From contig NC_068981.1 of the NCBI RefSeq assembly GCF_001194135.2, positions 150,786,212 to 150,849,809 on the forward strand: 63,598 bases of DNA. Reading direction: 5' to 3'. Position 1 is the first letter of the stretch; the number at the start of each line of letters is the position of its first letter. The stretch comes from Octopus bimaculoides. Its lineage: Eukaryota. The notes beneath the pieces were generated by a model that worked only from the letters and a program-made list of their open reading frames with translations, did not search any database and was not told the DNA's origin. The translations under genes and the position numbers were made by a program. This document shows, in pieces, positions 24,116 through 37,594 of the stretch.

Positions 24116-26195
24116 TTAGTTCATTATTAAGCAAATATACTTCAAACTGAAAAATCCACCTTACTACTTACGGAAAATAGTATTGTCAGCATGTCTTTCT
24201 GCACCTGAAGACTAATATCCATTAAGAAGGTTGGAGTGAGAAGTAAATTTATCCTAAATTTCTCAAACTGAAATATATTTCCATTATATTGGCTTCAACA
24301 TTGGTTATTCTCTTCATTGTTTGTGCTAGCTATGTAGAGCTATGTACATCTATATAAAATACTACTTCTCCAATCACTGGCCACCAATAACTACTACTAC
24401 TTGTAGTAAAATAAATATACATACACAGCTAAATACATATACAGTTAAATAGTCATGTTTGCTCTCATTGATAACACGTATTACAAATATCTTGAGTTGA
24501 AAACAGATGTGGGTGTTTTTTTTTTCTTTTTGTGTGTATGTAAACAAAAACTTTGACACAAATAGATAGCTTTGTCAATAAACTAAATTGTACAACAACA
24601 ATAATCACTTCTAAATAGTAAAAATACCATGAAGTATTCAGTAATGGCTGGGGAGTGATCATGTATAAAAACATCAGAGCTGACAAGAATTTACTTTGTT
24701 GAAAAGCAAAAGCATGAAAATTATAAAACTTGAACAAGGAAACTCGACCCAAAAAACAGAAACTTCCTTTAATAATTAAGTTCAAAAGAGAAGTGCAAAA
24801 GAAAAAAAAAAAGACTTGTCATTCAACATTTGCCAAATTCATTGAATTCTTGTGAAAAGTTACCTCATATAACTTTACAATACAGCATTAGTTAATGAAT
24901 GCAGTTTTATTTTTCTTCGCTAATTCATCAGATGAATAAACTTGGCATAGATTTTCTTACTCAATGGATATCTTCAGGAATTGAGGTTTCCAAACTTTCA
25001 TTTGTTTAATATCATCAAGTAGACTGACAGAAATGTCAGCACACTGTGCAAAATGCATAACAGCATTTTGTCCATCTCTAAATTCTGAGTTGAAATTCCA
25101 CTGAGGCCGACTTTGCTTTCCATCCTTTTGGAATCGATTAAGTTAGTACTAGAAATATTACATTTCTAAATCTCAGAGATTTATACAGTAACAGCATGAT
25201 AAAGTGATGGTATGTTGCCAACTTAATGAGGTAGTCCCATGAAAGGGAAGAATGCTACTGCTATTTAGCCCTAGGAAACACCGTTTCCAGTTGGCCATGA
25301 CACATCTTCTGCATCCTTATCTCCTCTTTGAAAGCATTGTTCCCTTTCATGGAACTGCTACATAAAGTTGGCAGCATACCATCAAAGTTAGAACTAGTTG
25401 AATATTGAGGTTGATGTAATTGACTAGCCCCCCCCCCACTCTCTCCTGAAATTGTAAGTCTTGTGCCAATGAAACCAATATTATAGAGCAGACTAAAGCA
25501 TAACCAGAGCAATCATAAGCAGTTATAGATTATTACCCTCTGGTTAAGTTGTGGATAAGTAAGTTCCAGTCAATACCACTCGCTACTGCTACCTACAAAT
25601 CTATGGCAGACAACAGAATTTTGGGATAAGGGATGGATAGGCACAGATGTGGCTATGTGGTAAGAACTTAGCTGCCCAACAACATGGTTTCAAGTTCAGT
25701 CCCACTGTGTGACACTTTGAACAAACGTATTCTAGTATAGCCTCAAATCAACTGATCCTGGGAGGATTTGAACTTAGATTACCTAATGGCTGCAAAGCAT
25801 TTTGACCGCTGCTGAAAAGATACTGCCGATCTATTTTTATAATGTATTTAAAAAGAAAAAGATCAGTACCTTATATACTTCAAGAGTGAAAGGCCAAACA
25901 ACAACAACAACAGGTGGATGAGGAGCAAGAGGAAAGAAGAGTAGGAAGAGGGAAGGGGAGGAGGCAAAATACAAGAGAAGAAAAGTTAATTATTTTTAAA
26001 TAGCCACAGGCTATAGAATAGCCTGAGCATAGTTATGGAATATAATTAAATCTAATTAGCAGAAAGGTTCTACTCTTTTTCGTATCAAACAACCTCAGCC
26101 TAGACATATACATATGCATGTGTGCATATATGTATACATATATATGTGAATGTATGCATAAATGAATGAATGTGTATGCCTGTGTGGGTGTAAAC

Positions 26196-26247
<52 letters not shown>

Positions 26248-26726
26248 NNNNNNNNNNAAAATAAAAACAAAAACACAAAGGATTCTGCGGTACACGTGTT
26301 TCAAGCTTTATAGTTGTTACATCAGTGTATAATTGACAATATAAAGCTATCTTCAGCCGCAAATGTATTCTCTCCCAAGAATTATATCACATAGGCGTTA
26401 AAGGAGGAAGAAAGATGAGATATAAGAGGTGAGGTTCCGTTTGGTATTTTGCATTGTACTATACCTCGTAGAATTCTTAATTTGCTATATTTATATATAA
26501 TTTCCTCGGTACTCCGGAATCCGTCCATACCTTGCCATAATTCAGTGTGTAGTATTAAGTTGGTGGTTAAAAACAATATAATAAAATAACATAACAAAAA
26601 TGAAATAATAATATAAAATAAAATAGGAATATAAAATACTAATAAGAAAAGAAAAATAATACACAGATATTCATACAAACATATATATATGTATATATAT
26701 ATATATATATACACACATATATATAT

Positions 26727-26761
<35 letters not shown>

Positions 26762-27040
26762 AATATATATATATATAAATCTATTTGACATGTATATATG
26801 AAAGAGTATATGTGCGCACATCTAACAAAACATTCTTAAACATAACATAAATATCTTAGGTTATTTCATTTCATTTTCTAGGAAAATTTGAAGACTTTCT
26901 GTACATGCATATAACAATTTCTTTATTTCTTCGGACTAATGTAATTATAACACATAGATACATGTGTGTGTGTGTGTGTGTGAGTATACACACACAGATA
27001 CATATACATATATACACACATATATATACATGCACAATCA

Positions 27041-27557
27041 AGATCGTTGCCAGTGCCCCTGGACTGGCTCTTGTGTGGGGCCGTCGTAGGATTTTCGAGC
27101 AAGATCGTTGCCAGTGCCCCTGGACTGGCTCTTGTGCGGGGCCGTTGTAGGATTTTCGAGCAAGATCGTTGCCAGTTCACCTGGACTGGCTCTTGTAAGG
27201 GGCCGTCGTAGGATTTTCGAGCGATATCGTTGCCAGTGCCCCTGGGCTGGCTCTTGTGCGGGTGATACCTGAAATTTTTCGAGCGAGATCGTTGCCGGTG
27301 CCCCTGGACTGGCTCTTGTGCGGGTGACACATGACATGCACCGTTTTGAGCGTGACCGTTGCCAGTGCCGCCTGGCTGACCTTCGTGGGATTTTCGAGCG
27401 AGATCGTTGCCAGTGCCCCTGGACTGGCTCTTGTGCGAGTGGCACATGAAATGCACCATTTTGAGCATGGCCATTGCCAGTACCGCCTGACTGACCATCG
27501 TGCGGGTGACACGTAAAAGCACCCACTACACTCTCTGAGTGGTTGGCGTTAGGAAGG
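27041..27557 (+). repeat. tandem array of about 8 units (61-68 bp) forming the 5' side of an RTE-type 3' end, cut by a 788-N gap
   Basis: Units start at 27041, 27102, 27163, 27224, 27286, about 27354, 27401 and about 27469, then run into AAAAGCACCCACTACACTCTC..GGTTGGCGTTAGGAAGG. Confidence 0.9.
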
Positions 27558-28345
27558 NNNNNNNNNNNNNNNNNNNNNNNNNNNNNNNNNNNNNNNNNNN
27601 NNNNNNNNNNNNNNNNNNNNNNNNNNNNNNNNNNNNNNNNNNNNNNNNNNNNNNNNNNNNNNNNNNNNNNNNNNNNNNNNNNNNNNNNNNNNNNNNNNNN
27701 NNNNNNNNNNNNNNNNNNNNNNNNNNNNNNNNNNNNNNNNNNNNNNNNNNNNNNNNNNNNNNNNNNNNNNNNNNNNNNNNNNNNNNNNNNNNNNNNNNNN
27801 NNNNNNNNNNNNNNNNNNNNNNNNNNNNNNNNNNNNNNNNNNNNNNNNNNNNNNNNNNNNNNNNNNNNNNNNNNNNNNNNNNNNNNNNNNNNNNNNNNNN
27901 NNNNNNNNNNNNNNNNNNNNNNNNNNNNNNNNNNNNNNNNNNNNNNNNNNNNNNNNNNNNNNNNNNNNNNNNNNNNNNNNNNNNNNNNNNNNNNNNNNNN
28001 NNNNNNNNNNNNNNNNNNNNNNNNNNNNNNNNNNNNNNNNNNNNNNNNNNNNNNNNNNNNNNNNNNNNNNNNNNNNNNNNNNNNNNNNNNNNNNNNNNNN
28101 NNNNNNNNNNNNNNNNNNNNNNNNNNNNNNNNNNNNNNNNNNNNNNNNNNNNNNNNNNNNNNNNNNNNNNNNNNNNNNNNNNNNNNNNNNNNNNNNNNNN
28201 NNNNNNNNNNNNNNNNNNNNNNNNNNNNNNNNNNNNNNNNNNNNNNNNNNNNNNNNNNNNNNNNNNNNNNNNNNNNNNNNNNNNNNNNNNNNNNNNNNNN
28301 NNNNNNNNNNNNNNNNNNNNNNNNNNNNNNNNNNNNNNNNNNNNN
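27558..28345. other. assembly gap (other gaps 2044-2053, 4196-4270, 26248-26257, 32142-32151, 42900-42909)
   Basis: N runs, nearly all abutting microsatellites or repeats. Confidence 1.
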
Positions 28346-30169
28346 CACACACACACACACACACACATATATATTTGCTGTAATTGCTGTTAATGCTGTT
28401 ATCTTCCTGTTCTGTCAAGTGGCTTGTGGCTTGTCAGTTTTTCAGGTTTTTCATTATGCATGCGTGTTGGCTTTTAGCAATAATAAGATTGGTATGTTTT
28501 TCACCAATACTTATCTTTACACACACACTCGCATGTGCATATGTATTTATATGGTCATGCCTGTATGCACATTATATATGTATGCATATATGCATGTGTC
28601 TTTATAAGTGTAAATGAGAAGTCAGTTATGTATGTTTCATAAAATTTATACTGTTATAATTATGTGCATTAAATTGCATTATTTTGCATAATTTCAATTT
28701 TTTTGTTTAAAGTTGTAATCATCCTTGTAATATTGTTAATTCTGAGGGGTGCCAACTGTGGGAATGATATTGTGTCTGGATGTATTGGTGGTGGAAGAGT
28801 TGTTGCTATTTACTTGTTTTGTTTTTTTAATCTACCACTATTATGTGCACAGCATCTGTAACTTGTCTAACTGGGGGATCCTGCAAATGCATAGAAAGGA
28901 CTTTTATCTCAATGTTGTCCATGAACTCAGACCATCATGCTTATTTCAGGCTTGTTAGAAGCAAGAGTAACATCATACACAAAAGTACACACAGCACTAC
29001 TACCATCCCAATTAATAATTATACATACAACACAATGCATATAATATAAATTACAAACTACAAAAAACCTAGTAATAGAAACAATTTAACTGGGTAACAG
29101 TCGACAACCAGCATGGAAAGTCTTACAACACTCAAACCAACAGAGTTAATTGAGACTAATTACACATGCAGAAACACAACTGAATCATTCACATAATGCA
29201 CAAGCAGCCATATATGAAGTAGAATCACTTCCCGAAAACAAAAACTTGAATATAATGTTTAAACACTTTGGAAATATGGCAGAAGGTAAATTCAAATAAC
29301 TTTACTTCAGCAATGATTCTTATTTCAGACATACAGAAAATGAGGATTACAACAATATTACCTAGTTATATCAGGAGTTTGAAAGAACAAGCTGCTATTT
29401 TCACTATTAAGTAAAAATCCTTGTGCAATACAGACTATAACTGGGAGAAAAATACACGTTATGCATGCTGAGAAGAGACTCAAACCATAAAACTTTAATA
29501 ATTCTGCAAATTCAGTTTGCGAAATAAGAAACCTTTACAAGTTGGAAATTAAAGCTATCAATCAAACTTTACTACCATACACTCTTTATTTTAATGGCAT
29601 CCCTGATCTCATTCTACTCTCCACAACATTCCAGATTTTCTTTATATATATTTTTGTTACATAATATTGATCTGTAGTTATCGAAGGAAAATAAGTCACT
29701 CTTAGTAATGTTTATTTGTTGTGAGTAGTGCAGCTAACCCAGCATGTAACACCAGGATTTTTGTTCATATTGTCCTTGATTTTTTTCAAGAATATAGTTC
29801 TATTTTATGATTTGCTGATTAATTAGTTACATAGCAAGGTATGAATCATGAACTATTGATGTATTTTCTTCAAATATTTGCTTGAAATACATGTGTACAT
29901 ACGTTATAATTGCTCAAGCTAACTTATAACTGTGGAAACCTAAAATGTTAACAAACACACTCATATATAAACACAAAACATGACTCAAAGTCAAACACAA
30001 ATGTACTGTAATCATATCACCTACTCTTTGAGTGCCATTAAAGTTCTCATTGGAAAAGCTTAATAATGTGATCACTGCTTAACATTTTTGAATAACTTAC
30101 AAAATAAAATTTAAAATAATTCAAGATAAAATCCTAAAAATATAACAATCAAATTAAAACTATATAGAC

Positions 30170-30673
30170 ACAAATGGCTGTGTGGTAAGAAGTTTGTTTC
30201 CCAACCAAATGGTTCTGGGTTTTGGTTCCACTGTGTGCTACCTTGGCCAAGTATCTTTTATTGTAATCCCAAGCTGACCAAAATCTTGTAAGCGGATTTG
30301 GTAAACAGAAACTGAAAGAAACCTATCAGGTGTGTGTGCGTACATGTGTGGCCGCATGCACACACACACACACACATACACTTTTACTTGTTTCAGTCAT
30401 TTGACTGTGGCCATGCTGGAGCACTGCCTTTAGTCGAATCAAATCGACCCCAGGACTTATTCTTTGTAAGCCTAGTACTTATTCTATCGGTCACTTTTGC
30501 CGAACCGCTAAGTTACGGGGACCTAAACACACCAGCACCGGTTGTCAGGTGATGTTGGGGGGACAAACACAGACGCACAAACATATACACACACATACAT
30601 ATACATACATACATACATACATACATACATACATACATACATACATACATACATACATACATACATACATACA

Positions 30674-30709
<36 letters not shown>

Positions 30710-31145
30710 CACACACGACGGGCTTCTTTCAGTTTCCGTCTACCAAATCCACTCACAAGGCTTTGGTCGGCCTGAGGCTATAGTAGAAAACACTTGCCCA
30801 AGGTGCCACGCAGTGGGACTGAACTCGAGACCATGTGGTTGGTAAGCAAGCTACTTACTACACAGCCACTCTTGCGCCTGTGTATATATATATATATATT
30901 GAATGTATATATCGATGTATGTTTAGTATTGTGTTTGTCATTTACCACTGCTTAACAACTGGTGTTGGTTTGCTTATGTTCCCATAATATAATTCAGAAA
31001 AAGAGACAAATAGAATAAGTAACAGGCTTCAAAAAAAAACAAGTACTAGGGTTGATTCGTTCAACCAAAAGCCTTTCAAGGGGGTGCCCCAGTATGGCCA
31101 CAGTCAAATGACAGAAACAACAAGCAAAACCTAAAAGATAAAAGA
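30170..31145 (+). mobile_element. bipartite SINE whose centre holds a second copy in opposite orientation
   Basis: Plus head half about 30170-30335, plus 3' half about 30920-31145. Confidence 0.75.
30381..30879 (-). mobile_element. young bipartite SINE with central (TACA)n
   Basis: Both halves are intact; (TACA)n about 30594-30700. Confidence 0.9.
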
Positions 31146-31219
31146 CACAAATAGAGATGTTTGCACTCAGTGATTATTGGTTTTGCTCAATATCTCAAAC
31201 CAATAGAAACTGAGAGAGT

Positions 31220-31360
31220 GAACGAAGATAGTGAATGAGAGAGGGGGAAAGGAGAGAGAGAAAGAGAACGAAGATAGTGAATGAGAGAGGGGGGAAAGGA
31301 GAGAGAGAAAGAGAACTAAGATAGTGAATAAGAGAGGGGGTGAAAGGAGAGAGAGAGAAG
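31220..31360. repeat. purine-rich minisatellite, 3 x 46-47 bp
   Basis: GAAC(G/T)AAGATAGTGAAT.AGAGAGGGGG..AAAGGAGAGAGAGA starts at 31220, 31266 and 31313. Confidence 0.9.
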
Positions 31361-31624
31361 AAACAAGTAGCAAGAAATAGAGACAGATGAAAAAGAAATG
31401 AACTTTAAAACCTGTCTATAAAACTGCACCCTACAGGTAGATATGATACAGTACACATTGACATCTAATCTACAGTTATTTGAAGCAGACATCGCTCTGT
31501 TAAGAAGCATGAGTAAACTCTAAGAGATTTCCTGTCAAACACAGGAAGATCACTTAGCAAAAATTATCTCTTAATGAATTACATTGAGCAATGTTTCATA
31601 TTACACTAAATTCCTCCTGAAGAT

Positions 31625-31815
31625 AATTTAGGAACACAACCTGCACATATATACATATATATACATATATATATATTATATACATATTATATATATACAC
31701 ATTATATATATCACATATTATATATATTATATACATATTATATATATATATATATATCATATATATTATATATATATTATATACATATATATATATATTA
31801 TATATATATATTATG
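31625..31815. repeat. degenerate (TA)n tract
   Basis: Direct reading. Confidence 0.9.
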
Positions 31816-32189
31816 TCGCTTTTCTCTCTCTTTCTCTTTTACTTGTTTCAGTCAGTTGACTGCAGCCATGCTGGAGCACTGCCTTTAGTCGAGCAAATCG
31901 ACCCCAGGACTTATTCGTTGTAAGCCTAGTACTTATTCTATCGGTCTCTTTTGCCAAACCGCTAGTTTACGGGGACATAAACACACCAGCATCGATTGTA
32001 ATCACTAGGTTATAGGGATGTAAACACACTAACACCGGTTATCAAGTGGCGAGGAGAGGGACAAACACAGACACAAACATGTGTATCTATAAGTGTGTAT
32101 GTGTATATGTGTCTGTGTACATATATAAATATGTGTATATANNNNNNNNNNATACATATATATATATATTATATATATATATTATGTCG

Positions 32190-33010
32190 CTTTTCTCTCT
32201 CTTGGGTGGGATGGTTTGACTAAATGTGATGGGTCCAATGACTGCATCATGCTAGTGCCTGCTTTGGCATGGTTACTGTAGCCCAATACCCTTCCTAACA
32301 ACAACCACTTTCCATCATGTACAGGATACTTTTTACATCCCATCTGCACTAGAAAGGTCACCATGCAGCTGGCAAGAGTACAAACCCTGAGGGCTGGCTT
32401 TATGCTAGAAGATAAGGGGCTAGAGCGGAACAGGTTTCTAGTTGTAGAGGAGTAGCAAGGCTCCTCATATTAGAGGTGGGAGTGATGGAGATGAAGCTGG
32501 ACAGAGACAAAGTGATAAAAATAGTGATAGAGGAGGTGAAAAGTAAAGCTGGACAGAGGATCCAGCAGAGTGCATGATGGAGGTTACAAGAGTATGAAGG
32601 AGTGAAAGAGGGAGAAGTAGCAACAACTGTAATGATTGGGTAAGATTGAAGGTTGGATGTAGTGAATGGTGAATAAGGGGTGGGAGATGACTAATGATGC
32701 ACGAGTTAAGGGAGGTAAGAAGAAGAGATGACTGACACCATCATCATCATCATCGAATGGCCATTTTCCCTGCTGGCATGGGTTGGACGGTTTGACTGCA
32801 GTTGGTAAGGCCAGGGGCTACACCAGACTCCATTGTCTGTTCTGGCATGACTTCAACAGCTGGATGCCCTTCCTTATGCCAACCACTCCAGAGAGCATAC
32901 TGGGTGCTTTTAACATGGCACCAGCAGGAGTTCTTTTTATGTGGCACCAGCACTGGTATCAATTCTGCTGTGACAGACAGGTATTTTTGAGTACAGCAAT
33001 GTACTAGATT
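32190..33010 (-). mobile_element. two old RTE-type 3' ends (about 32190-32400 and 32740-33010)
   Basis: CCCTTCCTAAC.ACAACCAC and (CAT)n..GCATGGGTTGGACGGTTTGAC..GGATGCCCTTCCT..GCCAACCAC. Confidence 0.6.
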
Positions 33011-33614
33011 TCTCAATCCTTAGTCATCTTCATAAGGCTAGCAGCAGAATTGTAATGATGACATTGTAAACAAGAGAATGGACAATAGATGACAAGTGGT
33101 TAGGTAGGCTGCAGAAGTGGAGTGGGAGGACAAGAGAGAGGCAGGTATAATGCCCAAGGTGAGTGAGATTTATGGGGATGGAGGAAGAAAGTTAATTTGG
33201 TGGTGCCGTGGTAGGGGTGATCAATGTAAAGTGTGGGTGGAGAGAACAGCATTAATGGCTGAAAGATTAGTAACAGGTAAAACAGTTCTAGGGATAAAAA
33301 AAAAAACAAGTATCAATGAAGCATCACAATTAGAGGTGATGAGCAGTAAGGCTGTTTTGAAGAAGAAATCGGGTGGAGGACTCACTTCTACATACACACA
33401 CACACAGCACTTCAAGAACTTCATTTTGCCGAGGTGGGCAGGTCTTCTTAAAAGCCAAACGTCATGTCAGTCATCCTATTTCTAGCAAGTCAAGTATCCA
33501 AATAGAAGCTTCCACATTGGCTTGTATGCTTCATGTTTGACATTCTCATTAATTGTAGTCATATGCTGACCTGAAGAAAGTTTGTAGACTTATCTTAAAA
33601 TAAAGTCTGTGGAC

Positions 33615-34094
33615 CAGTGATTCCCAACCAGAGTTTCCCCAGAGCCCTAGAATCCTGTGAAATGTTAATAGGGGTTCCATGAGAAGTAGTGATAAAATAT
33701 TTATTAAATGCAAATAAATGTTATAATATTTTTCTTTTAATTCTATATTTATAATTTTGCTTTCTACACAGCATATTTCCGAAGATAGGAAATCCTGATA
33801 TCTGTACAAAGTAAGGAGAACCTACAAGAAAAATGATCTTTTGACAGGGAAATTTTAAGGGAATTCAATCTAAACAGTCTTGGGTAAGATGAAGTTTCTT
33901 AAACCTTTTTTGAGATGTCTAATGTATTTAGCAGTGCCAGACATTTCAAAAAAATTTTTTATGATTTCTTTGATCTCGAATGAAAAAGTAAGAAAAAGGT
34001 CAATAAAATACATAATAATTTTCATACAGAAGCTTCCTGAAACATGTAATGTATTTCAAGGGTTCCTTAGTAGTAGAAAGGTTAGTAAATACAG
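33615..34094. mobile_element. hAT (Charlie-like) MITE
   Basis: Starts CAGTGATTCCCAACC, ends AAGGTTAGTAAATACAG. 8-bp flanks CTGTGGAC (33607-33614) and CTGTAGAC (34095-34102) match 7/8. Confidence 0.65.
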
Positions 34095-34483
34095 CTGTAG
34101 ACCCTAATGGTACATCCTGGGTAATTACAGCTAAAACACAGTGTGAATACTGAAATATTGTTATTTATGAATGATATATTTTTAAATAATGGTCATGACA
34201 AAACATGACAAAAGAGCTTCACTGCAGTCATTCAACCTGCAAAATTCAGCCACAAAACTACACAGACATAGTAAAAGATAGGATAGTCACAGCTGGAACA
34301 TTGTTAATCATGGGTCTACTTGACCAGGGGTGACCTAAGGGTTTACAACAGTATACAAAGACTATAAATGTTATATGAAATGTGGAATAGGTAGAAATAG
34401 TGTAGCAGTGTATTAGTAGCACATTCTGATTATATTTGTCATATACACGTTGGGTGTGTGAATATGTTCATAAATTAGTGAAT

Positions 34484-34526
<43 letters not shown>

Positions 34527-34645
34527 CGCGTGCACACACACATGTGAATGGCACACTATAAATTCTGAAAGAAGTTACTGAACTTTATAAGCTGAACTTT
34601 AATATCATTTAATGTAATTAAATGTCAAGATTATCTGTTTATAAA

Positions 34646-35200
34646 TAGGAAGAGTGTTCAAAAAGAAAAATGGACTTTTAAAAAATACAAATATATTACT
34701 CTACTTTTAATACAATCAGACTTGCCTCCTTCAAAATAGTTACCCCTACTGTTGATACACCATCCCCACAATCTTTTCCCAGTTTTGCAATATGTCCTGG
34801 AACAACTTTTTCAGAGTAGTGAATTTTCTTTGATCACTATTTTCTGAAATTGGTGACCTTTCAGGGTAGTTTTCAGCTCAGAACAAATTAGTCAACAGGA
34901 GACAAATGTGGAGAATGCAATGTTCAGTTTATGAGAATCATCTTGTGCTCTGCCAAAATTTCATGGATAAAGAATATCATGTGAGTAGGTGCACTTTTGT
35001 GGTGCAGTATGCAGATTTTCTCTGTCCATATTTTTAGATCACTTCTTTAACAATGCCTCTCTCAAATGCCTCAAACACATTTGAGTAAAACACTTTATTG
35101 ATCATCTGATCACATGGAACAAACTCACAATGAATAACAGCCCTTCACTCAAGAAAGATGGTCAACACCATATTCACATTTGAGTAACTCTGCTATTCTT
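34646..35200 (-). pseudogene. decayed mariner transposase, catalytic C-terminal half plus one TIR
   Basis: Minus strand encodes VIHCEFVPCDQMINKVFY, ILHHKSAPTH (LHHDNAPAH motif), ELKTTLKGHQF and WCINSRGNYFEG, with frameshifts and stops. Confidence 0.75.
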
Positions 35201-35762
35201 TTCCTGGTTGCAACAACTGTCTTTTTGTTTTGACATCATAGCTATACACCTTCATTCTGACACGTGTTATGACACTTTTCAAAATATCTTTATTAATATT
35301 CAACCAATCAAGCAGCACCTGGTTGATTGATTTAGTTCTCTGTTCATTTGTCAGCAAAAGCAACAACAATTTTGATGCATTATTTAAAAGCTTTTTACTT
35401 GTTTCAGTCATTTAAGATTAACTTGATTTGTTTAATTTAACCCTTCAAGGAAGTGCCCCAACATTTTGTTTTGTAAGTCTAGCTTCTTTTAGGTCATACA
35501 GCAAAGAAGGAAAATAAGAAATGGACACAAATAGTGTAAGTACTATGAATTGACTAGTTCACTGCAACCAAAAAACAAAAGAACCCTTATGTGGCTGCTT
35601 GACCTGCTAAAGGTAGTAGCCAAATTATATCATACTATCTTAAAAAGAAAGATACATCTGATAGCATAATTCCTAACATACTAGTCATAGGTGGAGTATA
35701 TTTGATCATATGTCTACTCAGTCAGAGCTGATCCAAAGTGCCAACAATAAATTGATGCAAAT

Positions 35763-36036
35763 CTGGCTCCTGTGCAGGTGTCACGTAAAATACACTATTT
35801 CGTGCGTGGCCGTTGCCAGTGCTGCCTGAGTGGCCTTCGTGCCGGTGGCAAGTAAAAGCACCCAATACACTCTCGGAGTGGTTGGCATTAGGAAGGGCAT
35901 CCAGTTGTAGAAACTCTGCTAAATCAGATTGGAGCCTGGTGCAGCCACCTGGTTCATCAGTCCTCAGTCAAATCGTCCAACCCATGCTAGCATGGAAAGC
36001 GGACGTTAGACGATGATGATGATGATGATGATGATG

Positions 36037-36038
<2 letters not shown>
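35763..36038 (+). mobile_element. RTE-type 3' end with (GAT)n tail
   Basis: Near-identical to 17945-18299. Confidence 0.85.
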
Positions 36039-36090
<52 letters not shown>

Positions 36091-36639
36091 GAGTGTGTGT
36101 GTGTCTGTGACTGTGTCCCTCACCACCATTTGACAACCAATGTTGGTGTATTTACATACCTGTAACTTAACAGTTTGGCAAAACAGACATAAAAAATAAG
36201 TACCAGATTTAAAAAGTACTGGGGTCAATTCTTTTGACTAAAAAGTTCTTTAAGGTGGTGCTCCAGCATGACTGCAGTCTAATAACTAAAAAGGGATAAA
36301 AGATAACAGGATTTGAAATAAGAATAATAAATGAAATGCTGAAGAACTTTACTGGTTTCTCCTGTGTTCGCTACCACAGCTGCAGGTTGGCCCAAGCTTC
36401 ATGATTATAATTGGGTAAGGAGAAACAATGCAGAAGCTCACTGGATGTACTACACTTGTACTTGGGTGAGACTTTAACTGATATTTGGTCTCACAGCACC
36501 ATCTAACCCTTGAGTCTCCTTTGTGAAGTCCATTCTGTTGCAAGTATTCAGGCTAAGTCTCAACCTGAGAGGAACTTATTCTATTAGAAGCCCTATGAAG
36601 GATCATGGCTGCTGCTCTTCCTTATCTTTCACCATTTAT

Positions 36640-37180
36640 TTGTTTCAGTCATTGGACTGCAGCCATGCTGGAAAACTGCCTTGAATGGTGGTTTTAGTCA
36701 AATAAATCAATTCCAGTAGTTATTTTTATGTTTTTTAAAGTCTAGTACTTATTCTATTGATCTTTTTTGCCAAACATCTAAGTTTCAGGGACATAAGCAA
36801 ACCAACATTGGTTGTCAAACAGTGAAGGGGACAAACACAGACACAAAGATATACACACGTACTCAAATGTGCTTGGCACTAGGAAAGGCAGATAGTTATA
36901 AAAACTATGCCAAAAACAGACAGTGGAGCTTGATGCAGACCTCTGGCAGGCCATCTGTCAAACCATCCAACCCATGCCAGCATGGAAGACAGAGGTTAAA
37001 TGATAATGATGCTATGTACATCAAGAGCTTCTATGCCATTTCCATCAACCAAATTCATTCACAAGACATTAGTTGGCCCAGGGTTACACTTGCCCAACAT
37101 GCCATGCAGTAGGATTGAACTCCAAAATCACATTGTTACAAAGCAAGCCTCTTAACCATGCAGCCATGCTTGCACCTGAA
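36640..37180 (-). mobile_element. bipartite SINE with an RTE-type tail (about 36865-37012, plus) in its centre
   Basis: SINE halves at about 36640-36860 and 37030-37180. Confidence 0.65.
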
Positions 37181-37362
37181 ATACCCTTATAGAAAGAAAT
37201 TAAAAAAGAAAGTGATTTAAGATTCACAATATTAATTAAAATCTCTTTTGCTTTGAATTAGCCAACTTCTACACCTGTCCTAGAGTAGGAATAAAGAATA
37301 CTAAAGATGTTAAATAATTTTCCTTCAGTTAAAAATTATTCAAGGTTGACAATTCATGCACT

Positions 37363-37594
37363 AAAAGAAGAAGAAGAAGAAGAAGAAGAAAAGAAGAAAA
37401 GAAAAAAAAAGAAAAGAATAAAAAGAAGAAAAAGGAGAAGAAAAAAGAAAAGAAGAAGGAGAAGAAGGAGAAGGAGAAGAAGAAGAAAAAGAAGAAAAAA
37501 GAAGAAAAAGAAGAGAAGAAAAAGAAAAAAGAAGAAAAAGAAGAAAAAGAAAAAGAAGAAAAAAACGAAAAAAGAAAAGAAGAAGAAGAAGAAA
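37363..37594. repeat. about 230-bp almost pure purine (GAA/AAG/GGA)n tract
   Basis: Direct reading; source of the poly-K/R and poly-F ORFs. Confidence 0.95.

Noticed and set aside
27041-27557. CRISPR-like look: palindromic 33-bp constant part plus a variable part
   Set aside because: The variable parts are homologous to each other, the array runs into a retroelement tail, the host is eukaryotic and there are no cas genes.
26923-28607. Long ORFs of 199-442 aa
   Set aside because: Products of the 788-N gap and the tandem array.
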